From positions 59,050,559 to 59,114,558 of the forward strand of contig NC_090376.1 of the NCBI RefSeq assembly GCF_036365525.1: a DNA stretch of 64,000 nucleotides, in the 5' to 3' direction. Under the pieces are notes generated by a model, which worked only from the letters and a program-made list of their open reading frames with translations, was not told the origin of the DNA and made no database searches. A program made the translations under genes and the position numbers. This DNA is from Heterodontus francisci. Taxonomy: Eukaryota. Positions 1 through 12,393 of the stretch are shown here, piece by piece (the first letter of the stretch is position 1; every line of letters starts with the position of its first letter).

Positions 1-781
1 TGTGCCTTTCTTATAAAGCAGTGGATGACAAACTGCAAGATGTTGGAGATGTTGCCTCCTCCAGTCTGGAAGGAGTCCAATGTGAACAAGTTCATCACGG
101 TAGGCTTTATGACCACTGGCAATGCTGTCCTTGCCCTGCTCTGAGGCTACAGGTCTGCCTCCAATAGGTGACAGATGTCAATGAGATCCCCCTGAGTGAA
201 ATGGGGACATTGCACACACACTTCCTGGCTTGGGTTGAGATAAGAGAATTGCACCTTGAAGACCTTAGGCAGATATCACCTCCTGCTGCCAACCCTTCTC
301 TCCCCACCACTCCTCCCTCTTCAAACAACTTGTCCTTCTCTGTGTCACCTTCTTTCATTCTCCTTGTTATGATGTAGGCCAAGGGGGATACGAACCAGGG
401 ATAGGCACCAGCATGTTGCACTATGGACATTTGACAAAATTATTGACTCAGCCACGGACATGGAGGCAATTAATCTGGATATAAAGTGTATAGCAATCTA
501 AAGCCATCAAAACACAGTTTGATTTAAACCACATTTCTCCCTATACATAAAGAAGCTAAGCATACAAGCATCAATGGACAGCAGCATAACTGTATTAGTT
601 AGCTAGCAAGTAAAATAGTGTGCAATACCAATACAAATTACTTTTGTTGACAGAATAGAGATAGCTACACTATGTCACGGTGTGATAGATGGATCTTATC
701 AAATGGCCTCTGTGGTCTCACACTGTGTCAGGAGTGCAAATTCATCTAATAAGCCAGGAAACTCAAGGAGAAGATTGTTAT

Positions 782-1690
782 TGTTATGACCACAGTTGGA
801 GGAATGCATTGTCTTTCTCTAGTTCCACAACTCCATTGGTTACAACATATATTTAAATGTTTTACCAGGTTACCGATATGGCCAATTATATACTTTGTTA
901 GTTTCAGAATTAAAATCCAACAAACATGTTTCTTTAAGAAATAACAAAATTGTTGACTTATTATAAAACAAGACTTATTCAATAAAGATGCAAAGCTTAT
1001 TAACACACAGTTTAAAATTTGGAAGTATAAATATATTCCCTTCGAAATAACCAACACACACACACACACACACACCGGTTAAAGAAAAATCAAAGAAGCT
1101 TTCTCTGCAGAGATCAACTTTAGAGAAACATAAATACTTCGGCCAAATAATTGTTAATTCATGCAGGAAATAAGAATAAGATATGAAATGTTCCGGCGTT
1201 CGGGTACATGTAGGTGGGTGTCACCAGACACATTTGGTTGTCACTGGGATGTTTTCAGAAGCAATTCTTTCAGGAGATGTCAAGAGGAAGTATTGCAGGC
1301 TTTTTGGGAGAATTACTGCATCAGTGAGGTCAGTTATCTGACTGGATTCTTAAAAGAATTTTCAACACAGGTGGCAAAGGATGAATTGGGTGAGTTCTCT
1401 CTTAGCAGGATACATACCAACTGCCCATTCAAACAGTTCAAAAATGAAACCAACTCCTGACCACCATAAATCTAGACATGTGACTCCAAATAGTTCCATA
1501 GGCCGTAAGGCTCCGGCTGTTTACTTAGCTTAACACATGTGACTTCCGATAACTGTTTTTAAACAAAGTCCCAAATGTACTTGAAATGACCCTTTTAAAA
1601 AAAACAAGGCCAGCATCTCCTCAGGTATTTTCCACAGTCTTTTAACCACAAGTCCTCAAAAATATAAATAATGGAAGCACTTTCATGACA
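782..1690 (-). mobile_element. 3' LTR of a Gypsy (Gmr1-like) retrotransposon
   Basis: Minus strand reads TGTCATGA...GTCATAACA (TG..CA). A polypurine tract (AAAGGAGAAGG) lies immediately upstream at 1691-1701. Homologous to the solo LTR at 24171-26257. Confidence 0.8.
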
Positions 1691-4600
1691 CCTTCTCCTT
1701 TGGAGGAATGAAACAATTTTTAAATGTGTTTCATTATGAAGTGTGGACAAAAGAACACAATATGAAAAAATATTAAAACACACTTACACACTCATTCTCA
1801 TTCACTCTTTACCTGTAACTAATACAATTCTGCCCTGTGCCATCTTTAAACTCAGATAACTCAAAGCAAAGTTAAATTCTATACAAAGCATCAGCAATTA
1901 CATTGTTTTTTCCCACAATGTGTATAAGCTTTAAGTGATTGGGGTGCAATAGTAAACTCCAGCGAAATAGTCTGGCATTCTGATTTTTGAATTTTTCCAC
2001 AAAGGCTAGGCAATAATGATCAGTATATACCAATGTCTCCTGTAACCGTGGCGGGCGTATACTTCAAAATGTTTAAGAGCTAGTAGTAAGCCAGGGTTTC
2101 TTTTTCCACTGTAGAGTATCAGTTTTGGTGTTGATTTAGCTTTTTGGAAAAGTATCCTACAGGCCTTTCCATGCCCAATTCATCTTCTTGTAACAGGACT
2201 GCTCTACCCCCAGGTCACTAGCATCAATTGCTACCTTGAAGGGCTTAGTTCAATTTGGGGCAGCCAACACTGGTACATTGATCAGAATTGCTTTCAGCCT
2301 CTCAAAAGGTGCTTGGCACTCTCCTGACCACAGTACCTTGAATCTCTTTTGCATCAAATCCATCAGTGGAGCAGCTATAGTGCTGAAATTTGGTCCAAAT
2401 TTGCGGTAGAAACCACACATCCCCAAAAACCTCATGATTTCTCATTTAGTCTTAGGAGCAGGGAACTCCAACAATGCTTGTACTTTTGCTATTCTTGGCA
2501 AAACTAGTCCTTCCCCTACTATATGCCCTAGGTAGGTTACCTGTGCTTTTGCAAATTCACTTTTGGCAAGGTTTATCACCAAATCAACCAACTGTAATTT
2601 TCTAAACAGAGTTTCTAGTTGTTCCAAGTGGTCCTTCCAAGTGTCACTGTATACCAGCACATCATCAAGGTAAACCACACCGTTAGAAACACTGGCTACC
2701 ACTTGGTTCAGTAGTTTCTGGAAATTTGCATTGGAAAAGATCGTCTGGTGTAACAAAGGCCTATATTTCTTTAGCTTGGGGTGGTAAAGGAACCTGTCAT
2801 TATCCCTTTAACAAATCTATTTTGGGAAGAACTGTGGCACTGCCAACTTTGTCAACACAGTCTTCCAAGTGAGGAATTGGGTAGGAGTCTGCCTTTGTTA
2901 CTGCATTAACCTTTCTGTAGCCTGTGCAGAATCTAGTTGAACCATCTGGCTTTGGAATTAACATGACTGGGGAACTCCAGCTGCTTTGACTGGGTTCAAT
3001 TAGGTGGTTTTCCAACATGTACTGAATTTCTGCTTTCACCTGGGCCTGTTTCTCTGGACCTGAGCGATAAGGATGCTGTTTTATAGGAGAGGATTCTTCT
3101 ACATCCACATTATGTATGGTGAAGGTTGTACATCCTGGTTTGTCTCTACGACACCTTTAAATGCTGTGAGTAGCCTAGTTAGGTCTTCTTGTTGTTCTGC
3201 ATCTAAATATGAAGGCATAGTGCTGGATTTTGTTCTCCCCCAGGCGTGGGTTCCGTGGCCGGGTTGAGGGGGGGGGGGGGTTGCTGCTGAAGTAGGCTCC
3301 AGATGATGCCTGCCACAGACATCAATGCCCTGAGGGCCTGGCACGATCCTCACGGTGGCTGCGAGGCTCCATGGCAGCCCCCCGCCACTTGTCGACGGGA
3401 TGTCAATTAAAATATTCAAAGCAATAAAATGAATACATTTAAATAGACTTATAGACTTACCTGCCATCTTGAGGGCCCACCACAATCTTTGGTGTGATGG
3501 CCAGCACTCCCGTGCCTTCAAATCCCCATCTGGGGAAACACAGCGCCACACTGATGAGGAGGGGGGAGGAAGTAAGATATTCAGTGTGGAGGGGCGTGGT
3601 CAAATAGACATAATGGGTGTATCAGATGCTGGGAAGGGTTGACCTTTAAACTTTGTGCAGTCTGGGGTGGAAGGTCAGATGTCAAAGGAAAGTGATTTGG
3701 GGGGCAAAGGGCAAATAGTTGCTTTAATTGTTATTGGGGGGATGGGAAAGGGGCGTTATACATTTATTTATTTAATTTTGGGAGAGTTACTTCTTTAAAA
3801 ATGTAAATGTGCCAGCAGGGCTGGCTGTCCTTTAAAAATGACACCAGCGCTTTTGCACAGGCAGCTGAGGCCATTGCTGGCGATGGACAGCCGTCCTCTC
3901 CTTGTGATTGGCGGAGGGATCACCCTGGCCATTTAAATGAGCTGCCACGTGGGAGATTGTGGCAGCTGTTTGACGTGCTGCCTGATTTCTTGAGACGAGA
4001 TTGGCAACGAGCTCTTAAAATCCAGCCCATAATGTCTAATCTCCCTAACAATTCAGTGTTAGCTAACTGCATAGTAGGAGGTTCAATTTGCGAATTGTTT
4101 AGGCCTCCTTCTGCCTCATCCTTGCTATTCGTTGCATCCTTCATTGTCCTTACTAACTGACACCTGTGCTTGCTTATCCTCCTCCCGGTGTTGAAATTGT
4201 TTCAACATATTGATATGGCACGGCCAATTCTTTTTCCGGCGATCTAGAGTGTCAATCAAATAATTTACTTTACCAATCCTTTTGACTACTATAAGGACCA
4301 CTGAACTGTGCTTTCAATGGTTCACCCTGTAAAGGTAGTAATGCTAACACATCATCCTCTAGTTGAAATGTTCGGGTCTTGGCATGCTTGTCTGCCCATT
4401 TCTTCATGGTTGTTTCTGAAGCTTTAAGGTGTTCCTGAACCACTTTTCAGGCTCTTGTGAGCCTCTCCCAGAACACAGATACATAATCTGACATGAAAGG
4501 TTCATCCCTCTCTTCTAAAAACTTTTCTTTGATTAGTTTCAGAGGACCACTTACCTCATGTCCTTAACTAATTCAAAAGGACTAATACCAGTAGACGCGT
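1691..4600 (-). mobile_element. Gmr1-type Gypsy pol remnant, domain order integrase-RT-RNase H, 5' truncated and frameshifted
   Basis: RT motifs PIKQHPYR, SSWSSPV, YPIP, YLDDVLVYS and YLGH (2442-3108). RNase H region FLGMCGFYRKF (2250-2435). Integrase C-terminal motifs SPFEL and FSGPY lie upstream of RT (about 4150-4590). Confidence 0.9.
3220..4028. mobile_element. PIF/Harbinger-type MITE inserted in the Gypsy pol
   Basis: TIRs GTGCTGGATTTT / AAAATCCAGCCC and a 3-bp TSD ATA (3217-3219, 4029-4031). Removing it restores the pol frame LLGRLDIM-PSYLDAEQQ. Confidence 0.8.
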
Positions 4601-6006
4601 TCATGACATTGTGGTTATTGAGGTGAGGCAGCAGAAAAATCAGCAATAAAAATATGGAGCATTTCTCACACTGCTATTGTTACAAGAACATTTAACCCGT
4701 GATGGTCAATGTTTGTGCAACTCCTCCACCTGCTTGTAAAATGTGTCTGAAGACAGGGCAGCCAACAAAAGTGCAGTGATCTCCAAATCAAGATAATTTT
4801 ATCGGATGGAACAGATAGTACTTCGGAAGAGTCATGTAAAACAGAAAATCAGAGTGGGACAGGAGGGACAGAGAGATTAACAGTAGGTAGCCAAGACTAG
4901 TTTATTCATCTTGACAGGCTGGATTCTAAAATACAGAAACAACAGCATCTCTCATGGACAAAATGTCATTTACTCACAAAAGTTAGTGACAACATTAGAT
5001 AAACACAATTACAAATAAAGAGCACCCTTCAGTCCCTCTAATAAAGTGATTCTTTTAAATTCACTTATGTCTATATCTCAGTCTATCACTGTCAATTCTG
5101 ATTCAGCTCTAGCAAGATAATTATTAACGAAAAGCTTTTCTGCAAAACGTTGAGTGGTTGTTACTGCATATATTCATCAGTTATAAATGTTTAGTCACCA
5201 TCTGTAAGATTGTACTCCAGACTAACCAAATTATGTCAAAGCCAAATCTCCTACCTGCCAGTAAAGGTGCACTTTTAATCTTATGTAATTATATGATACA
5301 GACAACTTTCAAAATGACACTGGTCACTCATGTTATCTGCCCTCAAACTGGATAGCAAATGATACACATTGCAGTTACTGATATTTGACATACTTGTAAA
5401 ACTTGTCCTTCAATCCAATTCACAGTAAAATAAACAGTTAATGACAGTTTCTAACATGATCGTTGAAACATAATAAAGTTTTACTATGTCTTCCCTGACA
5501 GTTTTTAAAACTGTAAATGCAGCCTGGATTTTGTTAAGGAATCATTAACAATTAATCATAGATTGAGGTTTATTAAAGCTATCCATTACATTGTATTTAC
5601 TAACTATTGTATATGGTTCAGCAGCATCCTGTTTTTGCCAATATAACTCAGCCCCATTGCACTGTACTCTTATGTTCATGAAGAACTTATAATGCAGACT
5701 TCTGGAGATTCCTTGGATTTTCTTGCCTGTTTTCCCCTCGATACAAGTTCTGGAACAATGTGATTCCAAATGGATATCAGCGGAATTGTGACATTTGCAT
5801 AGAAGTAAAAGTCCAGCAACTTTCAACATGTCACTGAGCTTATGTCCCAAGTAAAAGTAATGCATGCCAGAGTGTAGAAATTGAGACATTCCCTAAGTGA
5901 CTTTTGCCATTTTAAAATGAGTTTACACAACAAAAGCATTTAAACTTGTGTATTAAAATAACCTAGCTGCTTGGTTATTTTAAAACACAAGATTAAAGGC
6001 TTGCAA

Positions 6007-7180
6007 CAGGGGTGTCCAACCTTTTCATTGTGGGGGTGGGGGGTGGGGGGCACATTACAATTTTCTTATTACGTAGGGGGCTGGTGAGACAATTTCAGAA
6101 AGATAAAGGCCTTAAAATGTATCTTACTATTAATCAAAACAACAAAAAATGTGCATTTTTGTGAAGAACCTTTAAATGAGAAAACTAATTTATTGACTAA
6201 TTTTCTCGTCACTATGTTGCACACTGATTTAATGAGATACCTGGCACTTTTTTTTGCTTGCACATGTAGGCAATGTCTGCCCACTCAATTGTAATGATAC
6301 GGAATATTCCAGATAGATATCCATCTGTCAGGAGTGATCTTGATTGCTCTTCCTCCCTCCTCTCTCTCTCTCTATCTCTCTCTCTCCCCCTCCCTTTCTG
6401 TGTTCCCCCCTCTCTGTGTCATTCCCCCCTTCTCCATGTCATGCCCCCTGTGTCGTCGTCCCCCTCTGTTATCCCCCCTCTGTGTTGCCCCCTTCTCTGT
6501 GTCGTCCCCTCTCGCTATGTCATCCGCCCTTTCTCTCTGTCCCTTTCTCTCTCTCTGACCCTCTCTCTTTGTTCCCCCTTTCTCTCTCTCTTTCCTGTCT
6601 CTCTCTCTGTTCCCCCTCTCTCTCTATCTCCCCTCTTTCTCTGCCCTCTCTCTTTCTCTGTCGCCATCTCTCTCTCTCTCTCTGTCCCCCCTCTCTCTGT
6701 GCCCCTCTCTTTCTCTCTGCCTCTTCTTTCTCCCTCTCAGCCCACCTCTCTCTCTCTGCCCCTTGTCTCTGCCCCCACTCTGTCCCTCTCCTCTCACTCT
6801 GTCCCCCACCCTCTCTCTTTCTACCCCCACTCTCTCTGACCCCTCTCTCTCTCTCTCTCTGCCCCACTCTCTCTCTGTGGCTGTAGCTGATAGCAGGAGC
6901 AGCAGTTTGTGAACTTCGGACAGCTTCAGCTTTGTGGTTTTCCGGTGGGCTTTTAAAAAAAATAGGAACCTGCCAAAAACCCCCGAATCGGTCCAAAGTT
7001 TGGAAACCGCTGTTCCGGTTCCCAGCACCTATCAGCTGTGAATATGGAAAGGAGTGTTCATGAACATACGATAAAGAACTTAGAAATTCCACAGTTCCGA
7101 TTTTTCTTTTAAAGCCGGTCTGGTCGGAAAGAAGAAGCCAATGGGAAATTTCTCATCCCTGAACTTACCCATCACGGCCC
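6007..7180 (-). mobile_element. Nested hAT (Charlie-like) derived segment with a transposase C-terminal remnant at about 6229-6345
   Basis: Begins with TIR-like CAGGGGTGTCCAAC. Segment 6229-6345 is homologous to 20112-20230, which encodes the hAT C-terminal motif LTDGHL...CKQKQGQVSH. Confidence 0.55.
6350..6878. repeat. CT-rich low-complexity/microsatellite block
   Basis: Degenerate (CT)n and (TCTC/CCCT)n polypyrimidine tract that generates spurious L/S/P- and R/E/G-rich ORFs. Confidence 0.95.
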
Positions 7181-8020
7181 TCAAAAATTTTTGCCATGGA
7201 CACTGGTGTCCATGTACGGACACGTTGCCGACCCCTGATAAAAATTGCTGGGAACAAGCAGACAGAGCAGAACCTTTGAACCAAAGCCTTCACCATGTGC
7301 CACACCACTCACTATAGACTTCACCAAATTTAAGTAGCAGTACAAACCTTCAATCTAACTTAGCAACAGCCAGTATAAATCAATCAGTAACTAATCTGAA
7401 AGTGGTTGATGATCCCTTTAAATTGAACTGCTGAAGACTTCTTCCCTGCTGCTGAACACATGTTCATTGTCCAAGGTTAAGAGAGGGCATTAGCTGGAGT
7501 GTTCAGGTCAAAAATGGCACCAACTAGAGTCAAATCAATGTTACTCATTGACTGAAGGCATGATCTGTCTACTCTGAATAGCTCTAGTGAATGTTCTCAG
7601 TACCCACACCAATGACCTAGTCAAAATGGTGTCCAGAGGAGCCCACACTGAAGTCTGCACACATGGCACAGACACCATTTTCAACCCAAAATGGCACCTG
7701 CAAGGCTGAAAATATGGGTGCTACACATCTGAATGTTGTTACCACTTGTGCAATAAGGTTTCCCATAGTGCACTTGGATTGTCACTTACTTAAAGATGTT
7801 GAGGAGGTTGCTCAGGCAGAAACTATGCTAACTACTATTGTTGTACAGTTTATTTCCAAGCTTGTACCGAATAATCAACTCCACTATTTTACATAGAATG
7901 GAACATTAGGTATCCTGGACACTTTACTGAAAATTGTATCTGGCTATGTAACAATACAAAATGTGCAGTATAATTGCCGTCATTTGGATTTTGGCTTTTA
8001 GCATGTCTCAATGCTTTATA

Positions 8021-8580
8021 TTACACAGAATTACATCGAATATACAGCACAGAAACAGGTCATTTGGCCTGACTAGGCTGTGCTGGTGTGATACATGAGT
8101 CTCCTCCCATTCCATCTACCTCATCTCAGCCTTACAGCATATCTTTCTATTCCCTTTTCTCTCATGTTTTCTTTTGAAAGCTCTAAGCTATTTGCCTGTA
8201 CCACTTCCTGTTGTAGCAAGTCCCACATTCTAACTACTCTCTGAATAAAGAAATTTCTCCTTATTTCCCTATTGGATTTATTAGTAACCGTCCTGTATTT
8301 ATTTTCCTTACGTTTGGATTCCCCCATAAGTGGACACAGCCTCTCTATGTCTATCCTGTCCAACCCATTCACAATTTTAAAAACCTTTCCCAGGCCACCT
8401 CTATGTCTTCTCTTTTTTAAACAGAAAAGCCCTTAAACTGGTAAATCTTTCACGATAACTGTAATCTCTCCGTTCTGGTGCATCTTTGTAAATCTTTTTT
8501 GCACTTTCTCCAGTGCTTCTATGTCCTTTTTTATAATATGGAGACCAGAATGATGGATAGCACTCTAGGTGTGGCCTTAG
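8021..8580 (-). mobile_element. CR1 LINE 3' fragment (decayed)
   Basis: RT C-terminal motifs RPHLE.Y..FWSPYYKK, GLDRIDIERL and RRNFFIQRVVRMW. Confidence 0.85.
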
Positions 8581-8822
8581 TTTCAACCAGTTGTAATATA
8601 ATCAGAAATAGTGCAATATAAATATATATTGATGATCTCTGGATAGAAAAATGACATTTTAGAGGTACAGCCAGTGATGGATATTTGTCAAGAGAAGCTG
8701 CTTGAACTATAAGAAGCCTCATAGATGGGCACTGTTTGAGGGTAAATTCCTAGATTAGTGTTCTGTCAGCTCACTGAAGTCAACTTGCATGGTATTACCT
8801 TCAAATGGTACCTGCACTTTCA

Positions 8823-9512
8823 GGACTGTATTTCACTAGCCCTCAGCCGACAAGCTGGGAGGCTGAGGGGCCAGCAAAATGGTGAGGGAAGGTGGGGTGG
8901 TGGGGGAGAGTATTTATTCAGAGAGTAGTTAGAATGTGAGACTTGCTACAACAGGAAGTGGTATAGGCCGCCATGCTATTTAACCAGCGGCGGGGAAGGT
9001 GGGGATGGTCCTCCAGCTCAAAGGCCAATTGAGCCATTTGTTGCCAATTAAGGGCCTCTTCCTGTCTCCATTGACAATTTACCAGCAGCAGGTGGACCCC
9101 TCGCCATATGGGGAGACTGCTTGGTGAACCTTGGTGGGCTCGGGGTGGGGGGACCCTTCTCCTCGGGCACATTTTGGCCCATGGAGGGCCACCACCAGCA
9201 ACGACTGGCCCCGGTGCCCCCAAACCCCATTTACCTGGTTGGGAGGGCAGCATCCATTGATGGTGTCCTCTTCTTCCAGGTGCAGTCGCAGCAGTGACCA
9301 CTACATTTGGTGGTGCTGCTCAGACTGCTGAACTGCCAGCCCTCTAATTGGCCAGCAGCTCCTGGGGGCAGGCGGCTGTCCTTTGAAGGGTTGCCAGCCC
9401 CACCTGTCCCCCATGAAATGCGGTTGGGTCTCCCGCAAACAGCCAACAAAGGGTGGCCATCAACCTTCCGACCCATCATCAGAACCCCCGCCATGAGCAT
9501 AAAGTTCAGTCC
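8823..9512. mobile_element. Probable Harbinger-type MITE (contains a short CR1 scrap at about 8915-8965)
   Basis: Degenerate TIRs GGACTGTATTT / AAAGTTCAGTCC. The GC-rich interior resembles 34900-35200 in reverse orientation. Confidence 0.5.
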
Positions 9513-10473
9513 TAAATTTCACTGTTATGTGCAGTAAATTCACAGCTTAAATTTAACATTTAAATAAATTAATATCATTTCATTGTCTTATCTTGGTGAA
9601 CTCAAAGATATTGTATGACATAAGTGTCACTATTGTAGGTCTGCCAAAGGGAAGTAATAATCTGCATTGTTCCAAAACATTTGTTTTCGCAAAACTGTAG
9701 ATCATAAGAGTAAAATGAGGTTGAGAAGTGTGAAATCCTTGTTGCGTTCTTTTCAAAATTCAGAGTGGTTCATTTATTTGATTCAGTTATCATAATTTAA
9801 TGTTTTAGTGTGAAAGAATTGCTTTTGTTTCATTGTGCAAATGTTCATCAACATAGACTATTGAAAGAATTTGTTTCTATCAGAATGTTTACCAATGTAC
9901 TTATGAATTGGGTTCTCTTTGTTAATTGTAATTGTGTGTAAAAGAATCTCTGTTCCAAAAGAATGAACAGAAGTGTTGTAGCCTGACATCTTCGAGGTTA
10001 AAGGCAAGAGTTTCAGCCAGTGCTGTATTTCTTTCAAACAATTTGTTCCATGAGAATAGGAATAAGAGTGCCTCAGGTAAATAATGATCTGAACAGAGAG
10101 GATGACAATCGGTTGCATTTTTTGTTGAGAAGCAGAATTGGAAAAATCAAAATGACAAAGGGATCAAAACTGCATTTGGAAGCGGTCATTATTGGGGCAT
10201 TACGGGTGCCATTCAATGACTAAAATGTGTCCGTTGCGTATGCGCACACCTCTGCCATGAATCGCACCAGATGGCACATTGATGAAGGTGCTCGCATGCA
10301 AACAGCCAACGTCCACCTGAAGTATGCAGAACAGACAGATCATGATGTCAATCAGCAGACACTGCTGAATTGATGCCAGTGCTGTCATTTTGGAGTTCCA
10401 TGCTCCAGCTGATGCCGTCTCATAACCTCACACAGCTGAACACATGCTAATCAGCAACAAGCACCCTCCTTCC

Positions 10474-10900
10474 TGTTATGTTTATGCTGGGTTACTGGGT
10501 TTAGTTTCGATATCCGATTTAACTCTGAGCAATGCATATATCACATGCTCCCAACACAAAGAAGGATTTCTTGGTGTTGGAAGGAAAGGTCTGGAACTGA
10601 TAACATTAGATTTTGTTTACTCATCTTCAAGTTTTTCTTTATGTTTACACTGGGTTACTGGGTTTAGTTTTGATACCCGATTTAACTCTGAGCAATGCAG
10701 ATATCACACTTGTGCTAAATAACCAACTTGTTTATTTAAAGCACATTAACGATATCAAAGTCTTACAGATTCAGCACATGTCTTGAGAACTGTATGTTCA
10801 GAGGAAGATTCAAGCTGTCTCGCTTCGGGAAGCTTTTGCAGTCTCCAGTTTACTTCTGCTCACTAGCTCTACCTGGAGGCTAAAGCAATCAAACACTACA
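10474..10900 (-). mobile_element. Probable solo LTR with an internal ~65-bp direct duplication
   Basis: TGTTATGTTT...AAACACTACA inverted ends and flanks CTTCC/CCTCC. AATAAA on the minus strand at about 10731. Segment 10487-10544 is repeated at 10650-10707. Confidence 0.6.
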
Positions 10901-11327
10901 CCTCCCACCACCCACCACCCAACCACCCTCGACTATTTAAAGTGATCATCAACTACTTACAGGTTAGTGGCTAGTCATTTCTTCTGGCTGTTGGTACGAT
11001 TCTACAAGTATTTAGTGCTTTGCAACTTTTAGTTTGCGCAAGTCTAGGGAGTGGTGTGGCAGATGCTGAAGTATTCTTTGGTGACTTCAAGGCTTCTGCA
11101 CAAACCAGTTGCTCCCAGATGCAGGTGGCCTAGTAGGGCTTCCTCTTACATTGTGTATGACTGGGAGAACAAGCAGATCAGGACATGCTGCTAAAAGAGC
11201 AAGGAGGAGGATGGGGAGAAGGGTTCTCTGTGGGAAGCTATATCTGCTGAGGGTCTTTAGGGAGCAGATCCTTGGAGAACAGATTGTAGGAGTACTGTGA
11301 TATCCTGGGAGCCCCTTTGCCTTCTGG

Positions 11328-12393
11328 TACATAGGAACATAAGAAATAGGAGCTGGGGTAGGTTATTTGGCCCTTGAACCTGCTTTGCCATTCAATAAGA
11401 TCATGGCTGATCTTCCACCACAACTCCACCTTCCTGCACTATCCCCATATCCTTTAATTCCTTTAGTACTCAATAATCCATCGATCACTGTCTTGAATAT
11501 AATCAACAACTGAGCAACAACAGTTCTCCGGGGTATAGAATTCCAATATTCACAACCCTTTGAATGAGGAGATCCAGAGCTATGATGGCAGCAGTCTGAG
11601 CTTCCACTTACGAATGTACGTACAAGCATACGAAATAGGAGCAGGAGTAGGCCACTCGAACCCTTGAGCCTGCTTCGCCATTCAATAAGTTCATGGCTGA
11701 ACTGATTACTCCACATTTCCACCTACCCCCGATAACCTACCACCCCTTTGCTTATCAAGAATCTATCTACCTCTGCCCTAAAAATATTCAAAGACTCTGC
11801 TTCCACCGCCTTTTGAGGAAGAGAATTCCAAAGACTCACGACCCTCTGAGAGAAAAAAATTCTCCTCATCTCTGTCTTAAATGGGCGACCCCTTATTTTT
11901 AAACAGTGACCCCTAGTTCTAGATTCTCCCACAAGAGGAAACATCCTTTCCACATCCACCCCGTCAAGACCCCTCAGGATCTTATGTTTCAATCAAGTCA
12001 CCTCTTACTCCTTTAAATTCCAGCGGATACAAGCCTAGCCAGTCCAATCCTTCCTCGTAAGATTTTTTATTTCTTCCTGCCACAGTGGACAATTTCCCAC
12101 TTTCCCACATTATACTCCATTTGCCAGGTCTTTGCCCACTCACTTAACCTATTTATATCCTTTGTAGCCTCCTTATGTCCTCTTTATAAGTTATTTTCCT
12201 ACCTATCTTTGTATCATCAGAAAATTTAGCAATCATATCTTCAGTCCCTTCATCTAAGTCATTTATATAAATTGTAAAAAGTTGAGGCCCCAGCACAGAT
12301 CCCTGTGGTACACCACTCATTAAATCTTGCCAATCAGAAAATGACCCATTTATGCCTACTCTTTGTTTCCTGTTAGCTAGCCAATCTTCTATC
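11328..12393 (-). mobile_element. Two CR1 LINE 3' fragments
   Basis: WLANRKQRVGINGSFS, SGVPQGSVLGPQLFTIYINDLD and RTRGHCLKIRG..FFSQRVV motifs. 3' tails near 11330 and 11627. Confidence 0.9.

Larger units (their letters stand above)
396..7237. mobile_element. Non-autonomous hAT-like composite element, copy 1 (hosts a Gypsy insertion and a nested hAT-derived segment)
   Basis: Left end CAGGGATAGGCA (396); right end GTTGCCGACCCCTG (7224-7237). Segment 396-545 matches 19965-20110, 5955-6005 matches 23033-23082, and 7196-7237 matches 23130-23167. The 8-bp flanks ATACGAAC/ATAAAAAT match at only 5/8. Confidence 0.55.

Noticed and set aside
6273-7092. Several 130-190 aa ORFs on both strands
   Set aside because: Artefacts of a stop-poor CT/GA low-complexity tract; the same applies to 22334-22782.
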